The notes beneath the pieces are model-generated. The model had not been told where the DNA came from, ran no database searches, and was given only the letters and a program-made list of their open reading frames with translations. Source: Chara braunii (lineage: Eukaryota > Plantae > Charophyceae). From it: a DNA stretch of 64,000 nt. Every line of letters starts with the position of its first letter. Position 1 is the first letter of the stretch. Positions 52,065 to 63,796 of this stretch are shown piece by piece. The stretch lies in assembly GCA_003427395.1 (NCBI GenBank), contig BFEA01000024.1:2586421-2650420 (forward strand), written 5' to 3'. The position numbers and the translations under genes are program-made.

Positions 52065-52726
52065 TAATTGTTGGAGAGATAGAGCTTTCGATACTACCAA
52101 CAGATGTGGAGTTGAAGAAAGAAGTACAAATTTCTGAAGAAAAGAAAAAGGAGAACAAGAAAAAAGAAAAATATGTTGAACTTTGTTGTGACAATGGCAA
52201 TTGGTTTATCTGTGGGATGTGTCATGTCATTTGCTTTGTTTGATTGACAGGCCTTCCTCTTCCTTTGTCTTTTCTTTGATTGGATCCTTTTCTCTTTCTC
52301 TTGCCTCTGTGAGGTCTGGTTTCCTCCTTTTCTTTACCTCTTTGCCTTTTGGCTGCGTGCAAGTGGGTCCTTGTGACACACCGGGATGGGGGCAGCCAGC
52401 GCTCAACCTGTCATCCACGTGCCTGGCCTTGTACGTAAGAGGTGATGAACAGGTGGGGCTTTCCTTCTTTTCCTTTCCTTGTTTTGTCTTTTTCCGCCTT
52501 TGCACTCCGATTCACAGTGTGACAATATATACCGTCATGCGGATAAAGGACGGTTACAGGTTGAGGTGTGGCCCATCAAACGTGTAAAAACAGTTGTGTA
52601 TCTTCAGCTCGAAAGTGGAAAACTTGCCAGTTTTGTCGTTTTCACATTTTGCGAGGCGTGGAGTGAAGCCCTGAGAGCCTTCTGCTGTGCAGGTGGAGGT
52701 CCGACGAAACAGTGAATCACGTCCGT

Positions 52727-52759
<33 letters not shown>

Positions 52760-52996
52760 TTCACAACCCCCCCCACTCAGCCCCCCTTCTGGTTTTCTCA
52801 TTTGCTCCCCTCTCAGCGGACAGTTTCCCCGCATGGTTCTTTGTGGCAATATGCATGTAAACATTATAAAGGTACAATTATTCTTGGCCGTGAGCACCAT
52901 TTTCTCTTTAACTGAAATGGCAGGTTGATTCAGAAAAAGATCAGGAAAAAAAATCACAAGTTGACCAAGCGTTTGGGGAGAGAAGATGGAGTTCTC

Positions 52997-53100
52997 TGCA
53001 ATGATCTCACATGCAGGTGTCATCAAACAAGCTCAGCAGAGAATGTTCATCAGGTTTCCAAACACGCATGAGTAGCCAGTACCAACAGAACAGGGAACTT
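52997..53100 (+). repeat. Isolated fragment of the 390-bp repeat unit found at 61074-62072
   Basis: TGCAATGATCTCACATGCAG.TGTCATCAAACAAGCTCAGCA...AAACACGCATGAGTAGC is shared. Confidence 0.9.
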
Positions 53101-53700
53101 GTTTTATTTCATGAATTTACACAGCTGAAAAGTCTGGCCACTCCTATGGCCCCAGCAACGTACATCCGACAGCAGCTTCAGTTATGTGTCTCGCTAGTCT
53201 CTCCCTCTCTCGCCCTCTCTCAGTATGTACATGATCTCCCTCTCTTCCTCTAGTATGTACCCACTCTCTTCCCTTTCATGTATGTACACTCTCCCTCTCT
53301 GCCTCGCGTTCTCTATGCCTGGATCTATCCCTGAATACAGCCACCTCCTTGGTCTCCAGCGGCTATGGCCGCCTCCAACTTGCTTCACGCCGTCCTCCTC
53401 GTTACCACGGGGCACAAGGTCGCAATGATCACATAAACTGCGCAGTGCTTCCGCAACATGCAACTCTGAATGAATCGCCAAGGCACTGTGCTTGCTTATA
53501 TAGTTGCATGGACTGGGTTGGTCTGTCTGGACCGGCACCGGCTGCTTGGGCCTGTGTGCAGTGGACTGCATATTTCTTGGGTACCGGTGCCTTCCGGAAG
53601 GTGGTGCTGCAAGGTTGGACTTTCGACTTCTGGACCTTTCCTTTGGTACCAGGCCCAACCAGTAACGACTTGACTTCTGGACTCTTCAGGCCCAATTAGG
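53100..53700 (-). mobile_element. Probable LTR fragment adjoining the Gypsy integrase
   Basis: Non-coding, with TATATAA on the minus strand near 53495-53501 and CT-rich repeats; termini not resolved. Confidence 0.4.
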
Positions 53701-56032
53701 CGGAATCATCGATCTACATGAAGGGAAATCCCGAGTAGTGAAGGAATAACTTTGATGCATGGAACACAGGGCACGTATGCAGGTGGGGTGGAATCTTTAT
53801 AGTATACGATGGCCCATCTGCGTTGCCCTTGACTTCTAAAATCTGCCATGGTCCTATATATGCAGGCAGTAGTTTCTGCGATATTCCTTCCTCAGGCACA
53901 AACTCTTTATGCTTCACCCAAACAAGATCACCTACTGCGAACTGTGCAGGGCGCTGGTGCTTGTTAGGTTGTTTGATCATCTGGAATGGTGCCTTTCGGA
54001 TGTTCTTTGCAACCCGCTGGATTGCAAATTCGTGCGTGCCGGGAATTTGATCAGGCTTTAGACAGTCTATGGGACGTGGAGGTGTCCACCCTCTATGCAG
54101 CTCATTAGGTGTCCTAGATGTAGCTAAGTGGACCTAGTTATTATAAGCACTGGCTACCTTAGCTAGGTGCTCGTCCCAGTCTCCCTGATCAGGGCAGATA
54201 TGTAGATGTNCAGATATGTAGATGTAGCTAAGTGGACCTAGTTATTATAAGCACTGGCTACCTTAGCTAGGTGCTCGTCCCAGTCTCCCTGATCAGGGCA
54301 GATATATACTTTCGTCAGTTGTCGCCAGTGTTCCCTTGTGAACCTACTGTCTCTGTCACTAACTATAGACAAGGGGTGACCGAAGTTTAAATAAAGAACT
54401 CCTTAACGACCAGATCAGTCTGGGCTTCTGCAGGTAAGGGTACAAACACAACAAATTTACTAAATATATCGACTATCACCATGACTTGACTCTTTCCGTT
54501 CCTACTTCTAACTTTAGTATCCATAAAGTCTATAGATACGGACTCTCCAGGGCTTGAGGGAATAGGCAATGGTCTCAACAGTACAAGGGGGGCCTGCGTC
54601 GAACTCTTGTTCCTCTGATACACTTGGCAACCCTGTATATAGCTAATGTAGTCATGTTTCATACCCGGCCAAGTATATGACCTGAGCAGGGTCGCGTATG
54701 TCTTTCTCCAACCAAAGTGTCCTTCGGTGTCATGACATCCCCCTATGATGAGACTCTTAATCTCTTCATCATCAGGTGTGCAAAGCCTATTATGGGCATA
54801 AGTCCTCTCGGACAACAATCCATTGGTAGTCAAGTATCTCATGAGGTGCTGTTTGCGCTCTCCTAATCATCTCTCGATATATAGGTTTTTTTTTGTAAGC
54901 ATCTCTGATCTTTTGCTGCACATCAGCTCCAACGTCAAGGTAAGTCAGTGTGTCCCCAAAGAAGTCCGCTCGTCTACTAAGGGCATTGGCTACTACGTTG
55001 TACTTACCTTTGACATGCTTCAGCTCAAAATCAAGCTGATCAATCTCAACCCATATAGTCAACTTAGGGGTCATATGGGCCTGAATCTTCAACCATCTCA
55101 AGGTCTCATGATCTGAGTAGACCTTGAAATGTCGACCTAAGCGATAATGTCTCCAGTGGTCTAGCGCCTGTCTAAGGGCATATAACTCTAGTTCGTAGGT
55201 AGAGGCGGCTACTTTCTCGGTAGGTAGTCTGCAAGACATGAACTCTACCGGTCTATAGTCGTCTCCATCATTCTGCTGCCATTCGGCTCGCGTCAGTAGT
55301 CACTACGAAAGGTAAGGATGGGTCAGCTACCTTTAGGACCGGGTACTCTATCAACGCCTTCTTCAACTTCTTGAAGGCTGAAGTGCAATCCTTGTCCCAC
55401 TTCCACGCAACTTCTTTCTTTAGTAGTCTACGCAGTGGGGCGGCTATGGAAGTGAAGTTTCTTAAACTTCCTATAATAGGTCGGGAGTCTTAAGAAGGAT
55501 TGCAACTGTCAAAGTGTGCGACGCCGGCCAATCACGAATTGTCAAAGTGTGCGGTGCTGGCCAATCGCGAATAGCTGTGATCTTAGCATCTTCAGGTTGA
55601 CGTTGCAGATGTCCGCAACGAGATGGACACGATGAACTCCGTCCTCATCGACTACGCAACCCATTCACATTTCTTTGGGGTGAGCGTAAACCGAGCTTCT
55701 CTCAACTTCGTTAGGACGTGCCTAAGATGCTCCTGATGTTCCTCTAAGGACTTGCTAGATATCAGGATGTCATAAATTACTACAAATTTGTCTAGCCATT
55801 CTCTAAATAGGTCATTCATGCATCTTTGGAAGGTTGCAGGGGCATTAGTCAATCCGAATGGCATAACTACAAACTCATAGTGACAATAGCGAGTCCTGAA
55901 GATTGTCTTATGTTGGTCTTCTGACAATACCTCTATCTGATGGTATCTGGACTTGCATCCCTACACCCTGTCTAACATCTATTCGGGGCAGTGGTTCAAT
56001 GTTCTTGACCGTGATTGCATTCAACCCCCAAC

Positions 56033-57547
56033 TGTTACATGCCCAGTTGGGCGATGTGCATACAAAACCGAGGATCTGCAATGTGCTAGAAAGGACTGAA
56101 TGGACAATGCAGTGCAAGTAGAATCTCGACAAGCAATGTGCATTCCGATACATAGTGCTTTATAGCGCAACTCTTAGATACAAGACCTTACCTGACTGAG
56201 ACTGACCTCCATCACATAGTACAAGATAACGAAGCTGAGTGCTAGAATACTAATGATTAGCCCAATCAATGTTTCAACGCAGACCAAACATACATCATGC
56301 TCATCCCAAGGTGTGAAGGGAGCCTGGCGCTATACACAGGGAAGAAGTGCCAGGTCCAGACATACACAAACGAATAGGAGGGGATTAGACGAAGAGGAAC
56401 GGGGAGATGGGAAAGTCGTCAACACCAAGTCTCGTTACGAGTCCCAAATAATCCCTCTTCAAAATGTCTGAAGTCCAATGTCGAGTCTGGATCCGGATGT
56501 CACCAAGCTCTCTCTCTCTCTCGCTCTCTCTCTCGCTCGTAGTCTGCTGATGCAGTGAAGTCAAACAATGAGAGGGTGAGAAGGAGATGGTGGACTGAGA
56601 AGAGGAAGAAGGAGAACTCTCTCTCTCTGACGAGCCAAGTACTAACCTGTGAAGTTGGCGTTGTGCTGCAGGTACCTCGAAGACGAAGCTGGAGCAACGA
56701 CGCTGGCCTCTGCCCAATCTCTCTCTCTCTAGTACTACTCTAGCTGCTATGGCGCCCAGCGCTGAAGACTACAGCTAACGCTGCTTCTACTCCTGCAGCG
56801 CTCCTCCAGAGTGCTGCTGCCGAATCCTGAAGAGTAACGACTGCCTCCTGCCTTGCACGTGAGGTGCCTGGGAAGTACCTAAGAGCTACCTCCCAACTAC
56901 CTGCAGCCTGCAGGGCGGGCCAGTCTTATATAGTGCTGGCCCGTCCAGGAGGCTGCTCTTGCCAATGCCCAAACGTGCTAGACCCAGAGGAAGCTTCCGG
57001 GAAGTTTCCGGGTAGCTTCTGGCTAAAGCCCGAGGAAGCTTCCGGGGAGTTTCCAGGTAGCTTATGGCTAAAGCCTGAGGGCCTATAGGCCCTTGTTTTC
57101 AGGCTGTCAGGCTGAAACGACACGGGGCCTGTAGACCCTGGTTTTCAGGCTGTCAGGCTGAAACAGACACGGGACCTGTAGGCCCTGGTTTTCAGGCTGT
57201 CAGGCTGAAACAGACACGGGACCTGTAGGCCCTGGTTTTCAGGCTGTCAGGCTGAAACAGACACGGGACCTGTAGGCCTTGGTTTTCAGGCTGTCAGGCT
57301 GAAACAGACACGGGGCCTGTAGGCCTTGGTTTTCAGGCTGTCAGGCTGAAACAGACACGGGGCCTGTAGGCCCTGGTTTTCAGGCTTTCATGCTGAAACT
57401 GACACGGGGCCTGTAGGCCCTTGTTTTCAGGCTTTTGGCCTGAAAACAACATGGGGTCTGTAGGCCCTCGCTTTCAGGCTTTCAGGCTGAAAATGACACG
57501 GGCCTGAAAAGGGCCCGTGCAGCCTGTTGCAGGCGCAGCATGTAACG
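56033..57547. mobile_element. Nested solo-LTR-like insertion (about 1.5 kb) interrupting the Gypsy RT
   Basis: Splits RMCID / xxGLNAITVKN. Termini TGTTACATGC ... GCATGTAACG contain a 9-bp perfect inverted repeat. TATA-like site at about 56926. No clean TSD. Confidence 0.8.
57080..57501. repeat. 47-bp tandem minisatellite, about 9 copies, inside the solo LTR
   Basis: Unit GGCCTGTAGGCCCTGGTTTTCAGGCTGTCAGGCTGAAACAGACACGG. Confidence 0.95.
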
Positions 57548-60500
57548 TCTATGCACATCCTCAACTCACCTCTCTTCTTAGGCACGAAAAGAACCGGTGC
57601 TCCATCTGGCGAGGAGCTTGGCTTAGTCCACCCTTTCTCTAGTAGTTCATGTAGTTGCTTGCTTAGTTCATCTAATTCTTTGGGAGACATTCTATAGATG
57701 GGGCCTATGAGAGTTTTGCTACCAAGCTCAATCTCGATCCTGTGTTTGATTTCTCTTTCTATGACTCCAGATGGGGCTTTCCCCACGTCAATGAACTCTT
57801 TCAATAGTTTCTCTATCTGGGGTGGTATCGGCTCCTCTTCTCTCATTCCCTCGTTGACCGGGCTCACATATGCTACGAAGACTTGGTCTCCAAGCTTCTC
57901 TTTGACTATGTGCCTAGCGAAAACAGAGGCATGCATGAGGCAAAGGGACAAAAGGGGAATCAATTCCAGACTTGTGGAATAACCTCATAAATCTCCCGTC
58001 TTTACGTTGACATGGGCGGCTTCTCCCCAATCTGTCACTAAGATGATGTCAAAGGGAGGGCTATCTTCCACGAGGAGGGTAAGGGAGTGTAGTACCTTCT
58101 CCATCTGCTTCCCATCCTCCAACCGGAAGTATGCCTTGATCCCCTCTACGTACTCCTCAACTCACATCTCTCTATTATCGGCGAGTCGACTCACTATTGG
58201 CTTATCCAGTTTTTGCACCTTCATGCCAAGATGCAACTTCGCCAGACCCTTTCTACTAATAAAATTATGGTTCGATCCACTATCAACTAACACACCTAGT
58301 CGTGTGCTACTAATCTCTACATCCCCTAAGATAAGCTGTCCTTTTTTCTTCTTCATTTCGGCCCAGGCTTTGCGACGAGTGATCAGCTCATCACCTATGC
58401 CTGCGAGGGAACCACCTAGAGAGACTCTGACACAAGTAGTCTCTGGACAACTAGCTAGGTGGGGGCCTGGGACAGCCTCTGCCGTTGGGGTCTTTGGACA
58501 TAAGGTATCTTCATCAGCGCGCGCTTCTTCTACCTGGGTGTCTAAAGCCCTTGCAAGGGCAGCTGCTACCCCTACCAGCTGTTGCCTTTTGGGGAGCAAC
58601 TATAGTTAGGACAAAAGGAAACTATGTGGTCTGCTTCACCACACTTTAGGCAAGTTCCTTCCGCTAACCGGCGTTTCCAATCATCATAGAAGACGTTCGT
58701 TTTTTTCCAAGGTTCCCCTGCGCCTATCCCTGGGTGGGCAGGGTACCCACTCCCCTTTCCTCCATTAAAACCCGTGCTGGCAAGGGCATAACTACCTCTG
58801 CCCCCGCCTTGTTGGGAGGCAGGCGGACCGGATCTACCTTGTGGGGAACCATGACCCCTACCACCCGCAGAGCAGCCTTGATTGCTGCACTCCTCTCGGC
58901 AGCCCTGTCCTCTTCCTTCCCTACCGCGGCCACCTCGACCTCGGCCGCCACCTCCTCCACGTCCTCCCTCGTGGAGTACAGCAGCATAGCTACCTCCCTG
59001 AACTATATTGCTGTCCTCGTCCAGACCATACTCTATATCGTCGTAGCTAAGGGCCTCGCAACCTCCTTAATCGAAATCAACTACAAGGTTGTCCTTGCCC
59101 ATAATGTTACAAAAGATGGTTTTGCCCTTCCAGTGTTTCCCCTTTTCTACATCCTTGCACCAGTGGCAGTTAGCCTCCTGAACATGAGTAAGCCATCACA
59201 ATCTGGTCCTCCTCTATGATTCGCGGAGTGTGGATATACGTCCTAACAGTAGCTTCCCACCTGTCATAGTTCTCTTCGCTCTTTCCGTAATAGGTTTCGG
59301 GGAACTTGACCTCGACCTTCTCCCTCTTTATCTGGCTCTCGTCTATAGGGCCGACTACCTTTCTCTCTGGAACCCCTGGTCCTCCTAAGGCCCTTTCTTT
59401 TGCAACGGTCCTTACTATCTTTCTAGTGGCTAGCTGTTCCAGTTGCAGTGTGTAGTTAGTTGTCTGTTCGTGCACTTTGTGGTGCATGGCCACTGCAAAA
59501 TTCTTCTAGGCACTTCGCTGTTCCGTCTGTAGGGCACTTATGCGGTCCACGGTCTTGCGTAGTGCCGCGGTCTCCTCACAGGAGTGAGCACGGCGTCAGT
59601 CAAAGAGGGTCACTCTATTATCTATATCCCCAGGCTGATCCTTCTTTGCCAACAACTGCCTCTTCAACTCTTCTCCTTGTTCTCGCAGCCCCTTTTCTTT
59701 GAAACGGTTTTCACATGTTAGCAGTAGTGAATGCAGATTCCAGGGCTCGATCCTTAGTTCTCACCTTACCTGTGTACAGTATATGTGTCGACCCCGAGTG
59801 CTTGAACCCGTGACCTGTGTTTTGACAGTTGTTGTTGTCTATCGTAGGTCTATGTAGTGGTAGGGGTCCGATCTGTAGATCTGTCAAGTTGAAGTCACAG
59901 CCCTGTAGAGGTCGTAGCTGTAGGAATCTTGAAAGGTCAAGGTCGTAGCTGCAACAGTCCTGAAAGGACAAGGTCGTAGCTGCTACAGTACTCGAAAGGC
60001 CAAGTCCATAGGCTTCCGGAAGGTCCGGAAGTGGCCTTTCGAAGCTGCCTCACGTTTCAGTTAGAGGCAAGTGGGCAAGTGGCGAGCCCAGCTGCATTAC
60101 GACGGCAGTGCGACTGCATTGAGTTGGCAGTGCGAACCGATGCAGTCAGCGGTACAGGTCCAGTCAGTCCCAGTCCAGTCAAGCAAGTACCATGAGGGAC
60201 TGTGTGCACCATGGGCCGATGGAAAGGGGCAGACCAACGAGTTACAGGAGTATAAATCAAGAGGCAGCGCCCATTCATTCATTCATTCCTGCGTAAGCCA
60301 TGCGGAAGCACTGCCACAGCGACTTTTGCGAGGTGGTCTGCAGTGAGCCCGGAGACGAAGTGGGCGAGAAGGAAGTTAGCCATAGCGATAGGGAAGCAGC
60401 GGCCATAGCCGCCATAGCTGTAGATGTGTGCGGGGGTGTGTGAGTGTACACAGTGTGTTGCGTGTGGGATATCCAGGGTGATCCTGTGTGGGAGCAGCAG

Positions 60501-61073
60501 TGTGGAGTAAGTGACGAACAGAGAGTTGTCCAGGCGATGAGCCGCCATAGCCATTTGAAGTGAACTTGTATCTGAGCTGCGTTCCTGGTTACTATATCTC
60601 TGAGTTTTGAGTGGGGCGCTTGACTCCAGTTTGCTGCGCAACCTGTTTGCATGCATGCGAAGTTTGAATGAAAGCGAGTCTGATTGCATCTTCGTCATAC
60701 TCCCTCCTTTTCTGCGCCTCCAGCAACACCCTCAGGAATTATTTAATGTCGCATACAAGACGACGTGGCCACCAGTTGCCGAGTCTCTCAAGGCTTAATG
60801 GCCCTTCGCAAAGCTATACACGATTTAGAGGGCCTTAAGTGGCTACCTTGGTTGCCCGCACACCAGTCAGTACCGGTCCTTGGCGGGTCTCCTGCATCAG
60901 CAAGACATGATTTAATGCCTGACTCCTACTTAACGTGCTGCTTAACCCGCTTAGTGGCCCTACTCCTATCGACCTAAGTACATCCACAGACTCAAGAGAC
61001 TCAAGACTCAAGTGCAAGAGGACTCAACGACCAGCATCCATGGACTCGAGTATTCCAATGACTCAAAGACAAG

Positions 61074-62072
61074 GTCCAACTTGCAGCAGACTTATCCAGA
61101 GTGCGGGAAGGAAGGTACAAGTACCAAGAAACGAACAGCAAAATGTCAGCACATGCACACAGCGTTGGGGCAATGATGCACCTCACCGATTCCACTTGAT
61201 GCAGGTCTTCGAAATCTTCACACCAGGTAAGTGCTCCTCGTCAGTTTCTCACACCTCAACCATCACAATCAAACCCCAAGTACGTCACCTACTGGCCTTA
61301 ATCTTCACCAGCGGCTCTACTCCACGCGAGTGTAACGGGAACCAGCTCCGATACCAGTGCAATGATCTCACATGCAGTTGTCATCAAACAAGCTCAACAA
61401 AGAACGTTCAACAGATTTCCAAACACGCATGAGCAGCGAGTACCAAGAGAACAACGAACTTGTCCAACTTGCAGCTGACTTATCTAAACTGCGGGAAGGA
61501 AGGTACAAGTGCCAAGAAACAAACAACAAAACGCCAGTGCATGCACACAGCGTTGGGGCAATGATGCACCTCACCGAACGTCCACTCGGTGCAGGTCTTG
61601 AAAATCTTCACACCAGGTAAGTGCTCCTCGTCAGTTTCTCACACCTCAACCGTCACAATCAAACCCCAAGTGCGTCACCCGCCAGCCTTAATCTTCACCA
61701 GTGGCTCTACTCCACGCGGGTGTAATGGGAACCATCTCCGATACCAGTGCAATGATCTCACATGCAGTTGTCATCAAACAAGCTCAGCAAAGAATGTTCA
61801 ACAGGTTTCAAAACACTCATGAGTAGCGAGTACGAAGAGAACAACCAACTTGTCCAACTTGCAGCAAACTTATCTGGAGTGCGGGAAGGAAGGTACAAGT
61901 ACCAAGAAACAAACAGCAAAGCGCCAGTGCATGCACACAGCGTTGGGGCAATGATGCACCTCACCGAACTTCCACTTGATGCAGGTCTTCGAAATCTTCA
62001 CACCAGGTAAGTGCTCCTCGTTAGTTTCTCACACCTCAACCGTCACAATCAGACCCCAAGTACGTCACCAGC
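61074..62072. repeat. About 390-bp tandem repeat, about 2.6 copies
   Basis: GTCCAACTTGCAG starts at 61074, 61462 and 61852; repeated ORF-track peptides confirm. Confidence 0.95.
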
Positions 62073-62677
62073 CGACCTTAAACCGCCAGTACCCTGGGAG
62101 GAGGCTCCCCGAACAAGTCCGCGGCCAGTTTTCGAAGCTGGCCGAGAAAATTGCACTTTTCCAAATGATGCCACTGGAGGGGAGGGTATAAAATTCAGAG
62201 ATGCGGCAGCCTTGGCCTCTTTTCTCCCACAAAGGTCGAAATCGCCACTGAGGGACTGCACGATTTCATGGTAAGAAACGAGCGCCAGTCCCTCTGGCGG
62301 CGCGTTTTTTTTGTTTTCTCTTTCTCTATACTTCGTTTTTTTTTTTTTTTTTTAGGTTTTTGGTTTTTGTCGGATAACGAGTCCCAAGGCGAACATGGGA
62401 CAATGGGCGGAGGTCGTCCGACGCCGTTGCTACCGGTTGCAGGGCGTCCCCTCCAGCCGTCGGAGCATTCGGCAGCAATGGCTCTCTCTCTCTCTCTCTG
62501 GTGTGTGTGTGTGTGTGTGTGTGTGTGGAGCGCTGGGAAACTTTGCGCACTACGAATGCGAGATCGTTTTTGCGGACGGAGTCGGGTTGAGTTCTCTTCG
62601 CGACGGCATTCGACATTCGGCGCATTTCGTCCATGTTTTCCCCCCGACTGCCGCGTGTGCGCGAGTGTGCGCGCGCG

Positions 62678-62743
<66 letters not shown>

Positions 62744-62823
62744 CAACCACTAGGGTGCAGAGGTATCACTAACTTTGGGCGATGTGGTGAGTCCTTATCC
62801 ATCAGTCAAATGCATCCTGGGCA

Positions 62824-62876
62824 GACTGTCGGGGTTCAACCTCCTGATGAGTTGGTGAAAGTCCGACGAAACAGTC
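62824..62876 (+). ncRNA. Type III hammerhead ribozyme (family B), complete, GUC triplet
   Basis: GACTG TC GGGG-TTCAA-CCTC CTGATGA GTTGG-TGAAAGT-CCGAC GAA ACAGTC. Stem III is perfect; stems I and II each have one G-U. Predicted cut after C62830. Confidence 0.95.
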
Positions 62877-62936
62877 GGGTACAATCATGCTTTATTTTGA
62901 GTGTATAGCGAAGATGACAACACACACACGCACACA

Positions 62937-62973
<37 letters not shown>

Positions 62974-63011
62974 NNNNNNNNNNNNNNNNNNNNNNNNNNN
63001 NNNNNNNNNNN

Positions 63012-63045
63012 CCTGATGAGTTGGTGAAAGTCCGACGAAACAGTC
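63012..63045 (+). ncRNA. 3' part of a second family-B type III hammerhead (5' part lost in N gap)
   Basis: CCTGATGAGTTGGTGAAAGTCCGACGAAACAGTC is identical to 62843-62876, but the downstream tail differs, so it is a distinct copy. Confidence 0.8.
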
Positions 63046-63105
63046 GTACAAAACTAACCCTACAGTTGAGTGTATAGCCACGCTGACAACACACACACGC
63101 ACACA

Positions 63106-63186
<81 letters not shown>

Positions 63187-63499
63187 AGAGAGTATTTGAC
63201 ATGTATTGTGTATGTGTTGCAGTTGCTGGTGAAGAGTTTTTTGTGTAGGCGAAGTTCATTGATTCGGCAATAGTTCAAGTATGGACCATGGTCGGGGGCG
63301 AGGCTGCAGGGGGTGGCGAGGCAATAATTGCTCCAACGCACAAGACAGGGCCAGCACAGAGGGGAGGGGTGGTCGTGCACGCAGTCGCTCATGCTTCCGT
63401 GTCTCAACTGAAGAAATACGTGGGTTGTGGTCTGAAGCAGCAAGTCGTATAGGCGAGCTTGTTGGTCACCCTGATTGGTGCTTGGGGACCCTTGATGAT

Positions 63500-63732
63500 G
63501 TTACGAGGTTGCCAGTTGACAATTCGGGCAAACCAAATGCATGGAACTGTTGGAGGGCTTACAAAGAAATGGCCAAAATACTAGGGTATTGTGAGAGGGG
63601 CGAACTTCCAGACTTATTGTGGAGGCAGTGATGCTGAGATGACCTAATCCCGATGACGTGCCGTACACTGGCTTCAAACCAAGTCGAGAGTACGACGACG
63701 ACAACGGGGAGGGAGGGGGGCTGATGGTGTAG
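63500..63732 (+). pseudogene. Remnant resembling the P2X7 C-terminal 'ballast'-like domain found in transposon-associated proteins
   Basis: N..CWRAYKEMAKILGY.ER.ELP, then a 1-nt shift near 63611, then LIVEAVMLR*PNPDDVPYTGFKP. This fits the R..AY...LG..R..LP..V...IR..P....YTGF pattern. Confidence 0.55.
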
Positions 63733-63750
63733 GAAGAATACGTCCAATGT

Positions 63751-63796
<46 letters not shown>

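Larger units (their letters stand above)
53714..59980 (-). mobile_element. Ty3/Gypsy LTR retrotransposon internal region, degraded
   Basis: Domain order is gag (KFPETYYGK; CLKCG...H..C knuckle near 58620-58655), protease (LVDSGSNHNFIS), RT (PVLFVPKKRGELRMCID; YEFVVMPFGLTNAPATFQ), RNase H (YELELYAL..YSDHETL), integrase (H..GHFG..C; SIDF; IVD) and GPY/F module (GDLVWV..KLLPAYIGPW..PVFHASKL). RT-RH-INT order defines Gypsy. Confidence 0.97.

Noticed and set aside
54116-54305. About 85-bp duplication inside the integrase
   Set aside because: Straddles a single N; most likely a contig-join artefact.
57080-57501. Palindromic regular repeats resembling a CRISPR array
   Set aside because: Units are head-to-tail with no unique spacers, there are no cas genes, and the context is a eukaryotic LTR.
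60050-60660. Candidate 5' LTR of the Gypsy element
   Set aside because: No match to the 53100-53700 fragment, no PBS found, and its TATA-like site is on the opposite strand; left unassigned.
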